Positions 49,210-59,139 of a stretch of 64,000 nucleotides of DNA are shown here, in pieces. The stretch spans positions 71 to 64,070 of the forward strand of contig JANNCQ010000067.1 of assembly GCA_031386685.1 (NCBI GenBank), in the 5' to 3' direction. Numbering within the stretch: position 1 is the first letter of the stretch; every line of letters starts with the position of its first letter. The notes under the pieces were generated by a model that was given only the letters and a program-made list of their open reading frames with translations, ran no database searches and had not been told where the DNA came from. The stretch is from Candidatus Altimarinota bacterium (GTDB lineage Bacteria; Patescibacteriota; Gracilibacteria; BD1-5; UBA2023). The position numbers were made by a program, and so were the translations under genes.

Positions 49210-50114
49210 AAAAATCGAAAATAGGCCTCTTTAAAGGATAGTTGTGCCGTGATAAAATTTTCTTTGAAAGCCGTATATCCTCTCTGATCTCGAGGACCAT
49301 TTTTATTGCGGAGGTGATCGAATGATAGATATTTATATCCTTGCTCATATGAATTGGAAAACCACATATCCATAAGTCCTGTCCCCGCTTGGAGGTCGTA
49401 GGATTTCTGGTCGGTGAAAGCGACAAGATGGACAGAGTGATCTCCGAGAAAGTCATGGACTGCAAGTCCTCATATGACCTTGCCAGCAGGATTATACGCG
49501 AGCCACTGTCTGACTTTCGAAGCATCGAGTGAGACCATCCGTTTATAGTAGCTTATGTACGCAGACTTATACCAGTGTTTGACCTTCGTAGTACGAAAAC
49601 CCTGAGCAAACTCTTCTGCTGTGACGACTTTCACAGTCGCACCAGAAGCGAAAAATTTCTTTCGTGCACGACGAGATCGATCATTCCAGGAAGCGAGATA
49701 AGCAGGTGTCGGGAGTTTTTGTTGGATAGGATTCTGTCAGCCTCAATCTTTTCATACGCTGCTTTCAGGGTATATGAGCTCTGAATAGCCTGTCTCTTCG
49801 AAATGATCCGTGAACCAAAGTCGTCTCCAAGGCTTCTGGATATCGACCTTTCCATAAGGAATCCATACGACGAAAGCATGCTTGAATCCTGTAGCTTGCT
49901 TAAGTTGCTCGATATCTGGCTCATACGCTATCCTCTCATTTTTGATCACTCAGAACCAGTTCCCGAATATCTTCTTCTTCCAGGCATACTGTGGAGGATA
50001 TGCAATATCGAATGTCGCGAGTCCACAGGTCTCGAGATAGGCTCTATAGGTCGACGAAGCAGTACGGTGATAGTAGAAGTCTTGAGGATATTGTTCTTTC
50101 GGGATTGATGTCAT
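49206..50114 (-). CDS. FemAB / GNAT-fold acyltransferase-like protein
   Basis: 302 aa. The C-terminal half (HLVAFTDQKSYDLQAGTGLMDMWF..YKYLSFDH) resembles FemAB/BioF2-like acetyltransferases. Convergent with the PBP gene. Confidence 0.5.
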
Positions 50115-50157
50115 AGAGAGATACTATCAGAAAATGGAAGAAAAGGCAAGAAATAGA

Positions 50158-50922
50158 CTATATGACTTTCTTCGGAAGAGTCACTTTCTCCTCCCACTGT
50201 TTCTTCCGAGAGACAGCGTTCTCAGCAGCATCTTGCTCTCATTTTTTCTTGCTTGATCCCTTTCCTTCTCACAGTGTGACTTCACCCAGTGAAGCTGATA
50301 TCACATAGAGCTTATTGTGATCAGCTCAATCCTCACTCATGATCGTATAGGTCGGTGTGATACCCCAGATTGCCTGAGTATACTCTTGGAGATACGACTT
50401 CGGATCGACATAGAGCCCATGGGCCAAGATCCTCGGGAGAGTCGAATATACATGTTCGAGGATGAATCACTTCACGACATCAAAACCCTGATCGAGATAT
50501 ACTGCCCCGATCATCGCTTCGAGGGTATTGGCGAGGATATACGGATTATCATGACCGAGAGCGAGGGACTCACCTCGAGAGAGCTGGATCGCAGGAGAAA
50601 ATGAAAGCTTACTCGCTATCTCTGCAAGATTACGACCTCGTACGAGGGCTGAGCGGATATCGGTAAGCTCTCCTTCTGTCTTCTCTCTGAATTCATGAAA
50701 AAGTGCTTCTGTCACTATGAGTTCGAGCACCGCATCTCAGAGATATTCGAGGCGTTCATTGGACTCTTCATATCATACATGTGCTTCATTGAGCACGCTT
50801 CGGTGGATACAAGCGAGGATATAGAGATTTCTATTTTTCGGGAGAATCTGGAGAGAAGAGAGGAGTGATCCTACCTTCGCTTCAAACTCTTCACGATCAT
50901 AGCGAAGAGGAGTGCGTGGCAT
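50158..50922 (-). CDS. rnc: ribonuclease III
   Basis: NERLEYL-G-DAVLELIVTE (ERLEFLGD signature with TGA at Gly), NTLEAMIGAVYLDQG, and a C-terminal dsRBD. 254 aa. Confidence 0.9.
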
Positions 50923-50949
50923 AAAAGAAAGGGTTATAAAAAATTAAAA

Positions 50950-51060
50950 GTATGTTGTAAGATTGTTGTAAAATTTTTAGCTGTTGTGATATATTTTGGC
51001 TTATAGATAAATAAATCGAGCATATGAACTGTTGTTGTAATTGTTGTTATTGTTGTTATT
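50950..51060. repeat. cluster of TGTTGT(A/T)A repeats upstream of rnc
   Basis: TGTTGTAA, TTGTTGTAA, CTGTTGTGA, CTGTTGTTGTAATTGTTGTTATTGTTGTTAT. On the rnc sense strand these read as ACAACA repeats. Confidence 0.4.
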
Positions 51061-51129
51061 TTTTAAAAACATAACAGCCTTTTTATCACATAATTTGAAA
51101 GTATCTTTACTTAATATCAAAAAGAAGTA

Positions 51130-51519
51130 TTAGTCTAAAGATTTTCGATTCTTATAATATTCTATAATTCTATTCCTATTCTCATTCTCTTGGGCTCACT
51201 TATGATAGATTTCTATAAATTCTATAAACTCGATTGTGTCGCTCGTAATATCATACGCGTAAATTATTCTTATTCCACTTTTATTACTATTTTTGGCTAC
51301 GGAATAACAACGAAAACTTCTTACTTTGTATATAGGAATTTCTATTCCTTCCCCAAGTCAATTTATCCTCACAATATCACCTGTACCTATCCCTGTAGGA
51401 AATAATTTAAGAAAGTCTTTAAAATCATAGAAATCCTTTTGGAGAGAAGGGTATTTCTTCTGGAGTTTTTTGAAGTCTTTCTCAAAGATTTCAAGCATGC
51501 GAAATTCTTTAATCTTCAT
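51130..51519 (-). CDS. RelE/ParE-superfamily toxin-like protein
   Basis: FEKDFKKL..IYKVRSFRCYSVAKNSNKSGIRIIYAY..IEFIEIYHK matches the RelE/HigB-type pattern. 129 aa under code 25, or about 107 aa if TGA at 51196-98 terminated. Confidence 0.6.
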
Positions 51520-52267
51520 ATACCTCTGGTGGTCTTACTGAATATTCTGGAGTACGATAAAACGCAAGACCATAGCTAATAGAAGACCCTATTCATTCTG
51601 TCGCCTTGTACGGAACATCTTCATGAGAATGGTTACTGACCCAACTTGCTGTTTTATCTGAAAATTGATCAATAACTGCATCAAGTTCTTGTATTTCAAG
51701 TGCTGAAAATCAGGAAATATCTGGAACAGAAAGTGGTGAGAATCGATCTTGCTCATACCCCTGATATATACTCTTAAATGCATGAATTTGATTATCTTTT
51801 ACCATCTCAGTTATTACTCCTTCCATAACCGATGGTACCGGACCAAATGGCATTTTTACATATGTAGTATTCGTGATAGATCTCTCGCCATTCCTTTCAT
51901 AAAAATTAAAGTCAGCAAAATAGAGAAGCTTATTCAAAATAGTTTTTCCGATATTTGGCTTCTGTCCGCATCGAGACAGAATATAGAGAAATGTCTGCTT
52001 GAATTTATAGTTCGGATCTGTATCGACATCAGAGACAGTAGGTTCTAGGGTAGGGGTATGCGATTCAGTAAAGCCCGAAATCGGTATCTCAAAATTGAGA
52101 GATACTTTATGAAGCTCATCATTTCGAGGACTACGCAGTCCATTCTCAGTCTGTATATATGTCACACGACTCACTCACATGATACGAGCCATTTCTTCTT
52201 GGGAGATACTATTCTTTGTCCTGAGCCACTTGAGCCTCTCGCCGATGGTGGAAAGGTGTGTAAGCAT
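51509..52267 (-). CDS. XRE-HTH plus Panacea (DUF4065/SocA-like) domain antitoxin
   Basis: ERLKWLRTKNSISQEEMARIM-G-VSRVTY (HTH), then ILNKLLYFADFNFYERNGERSITNTTYVKMPFGPVP (Panacea core). It overlaps the toxin start by 11 nt. Confidence 0.7.
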
Positions 52268-52559
52268 ATGTAGGATAGTTATGTGCGTGTACTATATAGA
52301 AAATCCTCTCAATTGCAAGTTATTTTTTACTTTTCGTATAGAAAATATACATATTTAAAGAATAAATGTAAAAATCTATTGCATTTCATAAGGAATAGAT
52401 ACAATATGAAGTGTAAGTATTGAGTGTTCAAACACAAAATATGGTCCACCCGATGAGGTGAACCACGACGAATACAAATATTCGGTCCTGAAAGACGAAA
52501 ATATATTATTCAAAGTGGTTAAGAAATCAAAACTTTTTATTTCTTAACCCATAATTTCT

Positions 52560-52784
52560 ATGGCTAAGTCCAATCAATGGGTCGTCAATGCGGGCGATTC
52601 ATGGGGAGTCAGGAAAGAATGATCTGATCGTCTCACTGCGAAGTACGATACTCAGAGAGAAGCTATCGATGCTGGCAGGCAGATAGCTCGCAATCAATGA
52701 GTAGAACTCTTCATCCAGTGAAGAAACGGACAAATCAGAGAAAGAGATTTTTTCGGAAATGACCCCATTCCTCCACGTGGATAG
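52560..52784 (+). CDS. DUF2188 domain protein
   Basis: 74 aa. WVVNAGDSWGVRKE-G-S..YDTQREAIDAGRQIARNQ..GNDPIPPRG matches the DUF2188 pattern. Confidence 0.65.
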
Positions 52785-52785
52785 C

Positions 52786-52818
52786 GTAGTAAATCCCGCT
52801 TTATGCGGGATTTACTAC
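52786..52818. terminator. bidirectional terminator
   Basis: Perfect 14-bp stem GTAGTAAATCCCGC-loop-GCGGGATTTACTAC between convergent genes. Confidence 0.75.
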
Positions 52819-55219
52819 GCCCTCAAAAATCCCAGTTCATACACCATCGGTCTGAGTTTATCTCCAAAAGCTCGATATGCTTCTTCAAAATTCGTGAAGC
52901 TCACAGGAGGATAATCACTCGTCTCATTACGAGATTTCAGAGCATTGCGGATCTGATACCATCCGACATCAGAGCGATTCAGCTTGTACTCTTCTCTCAC
53001 AGTATGGGTATCTCTCTGTGAGAAGTACGCTTGCCAGAGCCTTCGTCCTTCGTCCATCACGACTTGTGCTTCGGGAGACAGTTTTGTATCTGAGAGATAC
53101 TCGACCATGAAGTCCGACTCGAATCTCTCTGGTGAACCGACTTCCGTTTCCGTGAATGGGATAAAGTGATTCACGATGGACCACTTTCGATCATTCCATT
53201 CGAGATCATCGGCTGAGGCAGTCAGATTTGAACCATTGAAAAGCATCCATATGAGGCAATCATTTTTAAACTCAAATGTGAGTTCTCATGTCGGCTGGAG
53301 AAATTGATCTCGATCATTGATCCATGTCGGCTTAATGAGTCTACGAACTGCGAAAACTATAGAAGCTTGCCAGAGATTCTCAGGAGTGACAAAAAACGCT
53401 CCAGCGCTACAAAATCCAGAAGAAAGCAATGCGGTGAGTGTAGAAGTATGTTGTAAATCATTTCAAGCACAAAGCATGCTTCCAATGGCACCATCAGCCC
53501 ATTTATCTCATCGAACATCTTTGGTATTGGTCGTAGGTGTTATGGCATTCTTGAGAGGAAGAGCATCTTCCTTGTTACTTCGAGGTCGTGTGATCCATTC
53601 ACTGAGGAATACACTACTTGGTAGATTATAGAAAGTTTTTTCTCCTATCGGTTTTGCATCTTTATCAAGTATTTCTGTACTGATCTCTCCTATTTGACTG
53701 AGCGTGCCATCTCCATGACTCGTTTGCCACACGAGAAATCCTATAGGAAAATTACCTTTTAGTCCATCAAACGCTTTGCTATGAACGATAAACCCACTGA
53801 GATAATCAGAATCCCATGATTTACGGAATTCTTCAAAGTTGGGAGCATTGATATATTTGAGTGTACTAAACATCGCAAGTGTCGCACTTGGAAGTTCTTT
53901 CTGGATACGGACAAGGAACTGTATAAATAATTCTCTTTTCGCATATCATGAAGTATCCATAGTGCTCGCAACTTTGGTTTTTGCGACTCAGATTTTATTC
54001 TCAGCACCTTCGTTGTCCGTCGTATTATCTGCATTCATCGCTTCCGCATACGGCGGATTTATGAGCACCAATATTTTTTCTCGTCAGCGATAGCTTTTCG
54101 GAGTCTTTCGGGGATTTTGTTCGTGAGTGAGTAGTCAATGTGACCATCACCCGAGATATCATCATTGAGGTAGTCATACTGGAATCTCTCTGCTGCGACA
54201 CACGTCTTCGTCGCCTTCATCGTATCTACATCCGCTTGATCGAGCGTCGACATGAAGATATTTCGAGGATTAGAGTCCTTCACTTCGAGATTCCCGACTC
54301 CACAGCACATATCCCAGACGATATATTCCTTTTGCCAGTCATCCCCGAGAGTCGCCGTGAGAGTATCATATGCCTTGTCCACGACATGGAGGGGTGTATA
54401 GTACGCTCACTTGAAGCTCCGCTCATCGAGGGGAATAAGTGAGTCTCTTCTCTCAAGTAAATAATTTCGATATTCAGCCTTCGGTGGTTTGTGATAGATT
54501 TGCCAAAATTGTCGGTATCACTCTTTATTTCCGAGATCATATACTTTTCCATTCATAAGAAATGAAGGACTACCACCGCTCCGATGAATAAGCTCTGCGC
54601 GGAGATTCAGGTGTGTCGAGCTCGTCCCATCATGCATGATATCCGCGAAGAAGAGAAGCGCATAGTCTTCTTCTTTTACTCATGATATTTCCTTTCCGAT
54701 TTTCTCTACCCATTTATCGAATACTTGTTTGAGATTATCGGGCGTGATCTGCGTACGGATGATATCCCCCTTCTTAATTGCATTTTTCACTGTCTCCATG
54801 AACTCTTTCTCATTGTGTTCGATATTGAATGAGACGAAATGTGTCCCGATATAAGCAGAAACTGTATCGAGTGCTTCTTGAGTATAGCCAGTTGCAGATT
54901 TTCCCCATTTGATGGTCTTCTTTTCGAGGAATGGGATGATATCCGCCGTCTTCATGATGGCAGCTTTCCTCGTATCGATAACTCAGAGAAATGGAGGAAC
55001 AGTGCGCCCGTGATTCAGGTGATCCTGCACATAGTGGAGGAGCTGGGTGAACATCTCATAGGTCGATGTTCTGTATCCATCTTTCGCTTCGAACCAGAAA
55101 TCATCGGTGCGAATATCGACGAGACCTTTATGATGATCTTTGAATCCAAGTGCTTCTATATATGCATCTTTGACATCTTCTTCACTGGTGGCTTTTTGGA
55201 GTTTTTCGTAGAGAGACAT
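52815..55219 (-). pseudogene. type IIG/IIL (MmeI-like) fused restriction endonuclease / N6-adenine methyltransferase, frameshifted at an A6/T6 tract
   Basis: N-terminal D..FEAK (PD-ExK-like), motif I VWDMCCGVGNL, and motif IV LINPPY in the -1 frame. The switch is at the T-run 54074..54079; one extra base would give DEKKILVLINPPY. Total 2405 nt (3n+2). Confidence 0.75.
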
Positions 55220-55270
55220 GGGGAAGAGTTATTTTCTCTATTCTATCCAAGCCCACTTTTTCTCCAAACC

Positions 55271-55295
55271 AAAAAAATCCTCCAGAATTGGAGGA
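55271..55295 (-). terminator. nusB terminator
   Basis: On the minus strand, TCCTCCA-loop-TGGAGGA is followed by a T7 run. Confidence 0.6.
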
Positions 55296-55300
55296 AATGA

Positions 55301-55762
55301 TTAGTCAAATACTCGGAACTCTATGGATTTAAGATTGCTCAAAAGGTTCTCTTTATCCTTGAGGAATGTCGAGAGCGCTCAATTGATAAACATACGCCCC
55401 TGATCATCAGAGAATCGCTTTGTAAGCTCGATAGCTTCATTGACCGCTACAGCCTCAGGGATAGCGAGATCAGGAGCATAGAGAAGCTCTGAGAGGGTGA
55501 TCATGAGGATGAGAATATGGATGACCGGGATTGTCGCAAGCTCAAACTTCGGAGCAAGAAGAGTAATAATCTCAATGAGCTCATTCTCATGTGAGAGGAC
55601 TGCTATTTCGAGAGTATCTATATATGCCCCTTCGAGTTCGAAACTATTCTCTTCAGAAAAAAAAGATACCATAAATGCATCACGACTATACGTAGGTCCA
55701 AGTTCAGAGCGAGCATAGAGGGACTGGAGGAGGAATTCACGACTACGACGGCGAGAGAGCAT
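55301..55762 (-). CDS. nusB: transcription antitermination factor NusB
   Basis: [64 protein letters not shown]. Start chosen at the internal Met because a terminator lies upstream. Confidence 0.8.
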
Positions 55763-55829
55763 AGAAGAAACTATTAAATAGACAAAAAGAGTATAGAGAA
55801 AAAGTGGGAAAAAGCGAGAGGAATATTTT

Positions 55830-55859
55830 AAAAAACTCGTCCATTCGGACGAGTTTTTT
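55830..55859 (-). terminator. terminator closing the ribosomal-protein block
   Basis: AAAAAACTCGTCC-ATTC-GGACGAGTTTTTT perfect hairpin. Confidence 0.7.
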
Positions 55860-55919
55860 AAAACAAGAATTTTAACCTCATCGGTGTATTGAATAACGCG
55901 AACTCGAATGAAAGATATA

Positions 55920-56156
55920 TTACGCACGTATCTTCGTCGGAGTGACACTTCGTCCAGTACGGACAGAATATACCTTCTTTCCTTTGTACTCTCCAGTGAT
56001 CGGAGAAGCGAAGTGAGAAAGTGCTACTGCCTTACCTTCAGTATTATACTGGAGTGAGACACCGTCTTTGAGGCGTTTTGCATTGAGGCGCACCCATGCT
56101 GAGTAGCGTCTTTTTCCGCGGACTTTCGAGAGTTGCTGTGGAGGAGAGATAGTCAT
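55920..56156 (-). CDS. small basic protein (possible ribosomal protein, family not recognised)
   Basis: Track ORF of 78 aa, Lys/Arg-rich. It follows rpmA, is preceded by the same repeat module, and is followed by a terminator. Confidence 0.45.
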   Translation of the reverse strand: MTISPPQQLSKVRGKRRYSAWVRLNAKRLKDGVSLQYNTEGKAVALSHFASPITGEYKGKKVYSVRTGRSVTPTKIRA

Positions 56157-56251
56157 ATAAGAGGAGATTTTAGATTTTAGATTTATGATTTATGATTCGA
56201 TACAGTTTCATTCTAGAATCTGTAATCTCGAATCTGTAATCAAGAGAAGCT
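56157..56251 (-). repeat. intercistronic repeat module 1 (rpmA to small basic gene)
   Basis: Sense strand: TTACAGATTCGAGATTACAGATTCTAGAATGAAAC, then degenerate AATC(A/T)TAA/AATCTAA heptads ending 9 nt before ATG. Confidence 0.85.
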
Positions 56252-56524
56252 CTAGGCAACGGAAACATAGATGTCACGATACGTACGTCCATCGAATCGG
56301 ACACGGCGCTTCTCTTGGAATGAGACAACTCCATCACGCACAGCGAAGAGAGTAAAGTCTGTTCCCTGTTCTACACCACTTCCAGCCCAGAAAGAATTCC
56401 CTCTCTGACGTATGATGATGTTCCCAGAAATAGCAGGCTGACCACCATAGATTTTTACACCGAGTCTTTTGGCTTGTGAGTCACGACCGTTGGTGGTCGA
56501 TCACATTGCTTTTTTATGTGCCAT
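56252..56524 (-). CDS. rpmA: 50S ribosomal protein L27
   Basis: [36 protein letters not shown]. 90 aa. Confidence 0.9.
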
Positions 56525-56622
56525 ACTGTTGAAGTTAGATTATAGATTATAGATTATAGATTATAGATTATAGATCGAGAGTATTCTATTTCTAGAATCT
56601 GTCATCTCGAATCTGTAAACTA
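56525..56622 (-). repeat. intercistronic repeat module 2 (rpsG to rpmA)
   Basis: Core TTACAGATTCGAGATGACAGATTCTAGAAATAGAAT plus five TAATCTA heptads (plus-strand TAGATTA x5). Confidence 0.9.
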
Positions 56623-57078
56623 CTACTTGTTATTCGCGTATCGAGCAAATGCCTTATTGGCTTCTGCCATCTTATAGACATCGAGCTTCTTCTTTACAGC
56701 AACTCCAGTCTCAGTAGCAGCATCGATGAGCTCTTGAGCCAGGAAGTGACAGAAGTCTTTCCCACTTTTCCCACGTGCAGCTCAGAGGATCCAGCGAGTG
56801 GCAAGAGCAAATGAACGACCTGGAGGGACTTCAGTCGGGACTTGGAATATAGCACCACCGACACGCTTTGGACGACATTCAATCTTTGGAGAGACATTAT
56901 CGATAGCTTTGTCGAATACTTCTTCAGGATTCGTATATCCCTTTTGGCGAAGGATATCGAAGGTCGAGTTAATAATCTTCTGTGCGAGGGTTTTCTTTCC
57001 TTCCTTCATGACATAATTGACGAACTTCTTGAGTCGCTCGTTTTGTGTCGAGAATGATACGCTTCCTTTGGTACTCAT
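56623..57078 (-). CDS. rpsG: 30S ribosomal protein S7
   Basis: [42 protein letters not shown]. 151 aa. Confidence 0.92.
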
Positions 57079-57235
57079 AAAATTTATAATTGATTAGAAG
57101 ATGAGAGATGAAGTAGCCTCAGCTATGATCCTACTTCGTGCAACTCGAGGTTTCTGTCATATCGAACGAATGTGAGACATCTTGCCCTTTGACAGGATTC
57201 CTCGCATCCGCCCGAAATGGCAGGATGACACACTA

Positions 57236-57655
57236 TTATTTCTTTGCTTTTGGCTTCTTGGCTCCATAGAGTGAGCGAGACTGACCGCGCTTATCGACTC
57301 CCTGACAATCGAGAAGACCTCGAACGATATGGTAACGTACACCTGGAAGATCCTTCACACGGCCTCAACGAATCATCACGACGGAGTGTTCCTGAAGATT
57401 ATGACCTTCACCTCCAATATAGGAGATGACCTCATATCCATTGGTGAGACGTACCTTCGCTACTTTTCGGAGGGCTGAGTTCGGCTTCTTCGGGGTACTC
57501 GTGTACACCTTGAGACAGACTCCACGTCGCTGAGGAGCAGAGAGAGGAGAGAGAGTCTTTTTGAGGGAGTTCTTATTGAACTGTAGCGCTGGAGATTTGC
57601 TCTTACGAGTAGGATCTTTTCGCTTTTTACGGACAAGTTGATTGATTGTAGTCAT
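57236..57655 (-). CDS. rpsL: 30S ribosomal protein S12
   Basis: [47 protein letters not shown] at 57365-67 is the invariant Gly. Confidence 0.95.
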
Positions 57656-57750
57656 GGAAGTTATTTAGATTTTAGATTTAGGATATTAGATATGAGATTC
57701 GTGACAGTACTATTTCTAGAATCTGTCATCTGGAATCTATAAACTCTATT
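57656..57750 (-). repeat. intercistronic repeat module 3 (rpsI to rpsL)
   Basis: Core TATAGATTCCAGATGACAGATTCTAGAAATAGTAC plus degenerate heptads. Confidence 0.85.
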
Positions 57751-58146
57751 TTAACGTTTAGACCAAGAACCTGCTTTACGAGCCTTATGAAGACCTGGTT
57801 TCTTTCGCTCAACCTTACGTGAGTCACGTGTGAGAAATCCAGCTCCCTTAAGAGTTTTTCTGAGATTCTCATCGACGACGACAAGGGCGCGAGCAACGGC
57901 ATGGCGAATTGCTTGTGCCTGTGCTGACTCGCCTGATCCAGATACTTGGATATCAAAATGGAAAGACTCATACACTCCTGCAGTCTTGAGTGGAGAGTAT
58001 ATCGCAGAGAAAAGATCTGCTCTTTTAATATAGGTTTCGAGGGGCATACCATTAGCAGTATTTGTTCCTTTACCTTTATAGAGACGGATCTCAGCGACTG
58101 CTGTCTTGCGACGACCGACTGCGTATGCGTATTTTGCTTCTGACAT
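57751..58146 (-). CDS. rpsI: 30S ribosomal protein S9
   Basis: Track ORF of 131 aa. GRRKTAVAEIRL...GGESAQAQAIRHAVARAL...RKKPGLHKARK..SKR. Confidence 0.92.
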   Translation of the reverse strand: MSEAKYAYAVGRRKTAVAEIRLYKGKGTNTANGMPLETYIKRADLFSAIYSPLKTAGVYESFHFDIQVSGSGESAQAQAIRHAVARALVVVDENLRKTLKGAGFLTRDSRKVERKKPGLHKARKAGSWSKR

Positions 58147-58169
58147 AAAAAATAAGTGAGTTAGGCGGA

Positions 58170-58601
58170 TTATAGGGTGATAGCTTCAGGCTTCTGTGCT
58201 TCGAAATCATGCGTAGTACCGACGACGAGCTTGAGGCGTTTTGACATCTCATTCGTGAGACGATTTTTCGGGAGCATACCTTCGATCGCATGACGAAGCA
58301 TATGTGTCGGGTGCTTTTTCTTCATTTTACCGAATGGAGTCTCCTTGAGTCCTCCCATGTACTGGGAATGTGTACGATACATCTTCGCTGTTTCTTTTGC
58401 ACCAGTGACAGTGATCTTATCGGCATTGAGGATAATGACATTCGCACCATTATCGATATGTGGAGTATAGTCGACACGATCTCGACCTGAGATCATACGA
58501 GCGATAGAAGTAGCGAGACGACCGAGGTTTTTCCCCTCAGCATCAAGGACGAACCATTTGCGTTCGTTACCGGGAATTGCTTTTGCGACAAGAGTTTTCA
58601 T
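58170..58601 (-). CDS. rplM: 50S ribosomal protein L13
   Basis: Track ORF of 143 aa. WFVLDAEGKNLGRLAT.IA..L.GRD...YTPH.D.G..VI..NA. Confidence 0.92.
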   Translation of the reverse strand: MKTLVAKAIPGNERKWFVLDAEGKNLGRLATSIARMISGRDRVDYTPHIDNGANVIILNADKITVTGAKETAKMYRTHSQYMGGLKETPFGKMKKKHPTHMLRHAIEGMLPKNRLTNEMSKRLKLVVGTTHDFEAQKPEAITL

Positions 58602-58692
58602 GGGAGAGATTTTAGATTACTGATTTGAGATTACTGATTTGAGATTACAGATGGGAGATAGTTCTATTACTAGAATCTGTAATCAATTTGAG
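58602..58692 (-). repeat. intercistronic repeat module 4 (rplQ to rplM), variant
   Basis: Only one ACAGATTCTAG copy. The heptads are replaced by a doubled 14-nt unit (plus-strand GATTACTGATTTGA x2). Confidence 0.75.
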
Positions 58693-59052
58693 TTATACGA
58701 GTTCGATCTTTACAAGCTTAGCATTATCACCATCACGATACTTAATCGGGATGATGCGAGTGTATCCTCCCTTCATCTGGGCATAGTTCTTCGCGAGTGT
58801 GAGTAGAGAGACGCTTGCTTCTTTGGTGAAGAGTTCAGCACCGATCATACGGATTTTATTGTATTCTGTATGAGGTCCTTTCGCAACTTCGATCAATCTA
58901 TGAGCAGCTCACTCCATAGCAAGAGCACGCTTCTCAGTCGTCTCGAGACTCTTATGAGTGAAGAGACTTGTAAGAAGATTTCGGACTACTGCCTTTCGGT
59001 GATTGGTGTCTTTACCATTGAGATGAAGATGTTTTTTGACTCGGTGGCGCAT
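58693..59052 (-). CDS. rplQ: 50S ribosomal protein L17
   Basis: MRHRVKKHLHLNGKDTNHRKAVVRNLLTSLFTHKSLETTEKRA..GGYTRIIPIKYRDGDNA. 119 aa. Confidence 0.9.
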
Positions 59053-59139
59053 GATTTATAGATTTTAGATTTTAGATTTTAGATTTTAGATTCGTGATAG
59101 TTCTATTGCTAGAATCTGTCATCTCGAATATGAATCACT
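59053..59139 (-). repeat. intercistronic repeat module 5 (rpoA to rplQ)
   Basis: Core ATTCGAGATGACAGATTCTAGCAATAGAAC plus five AATCTA heptad copies ending 7 nt before ATG. Confidence 0.9.

Noticed and set aside
55763-55948. The long N-terminal extension of nusB suggested by track ORF 55379..55948
   Set aside because: The extension runs through a perfect terminator hairpin (55830-55859) and into the upstream gene. The conserved NusB sequence begins at the internal [10 protein letters not shown].
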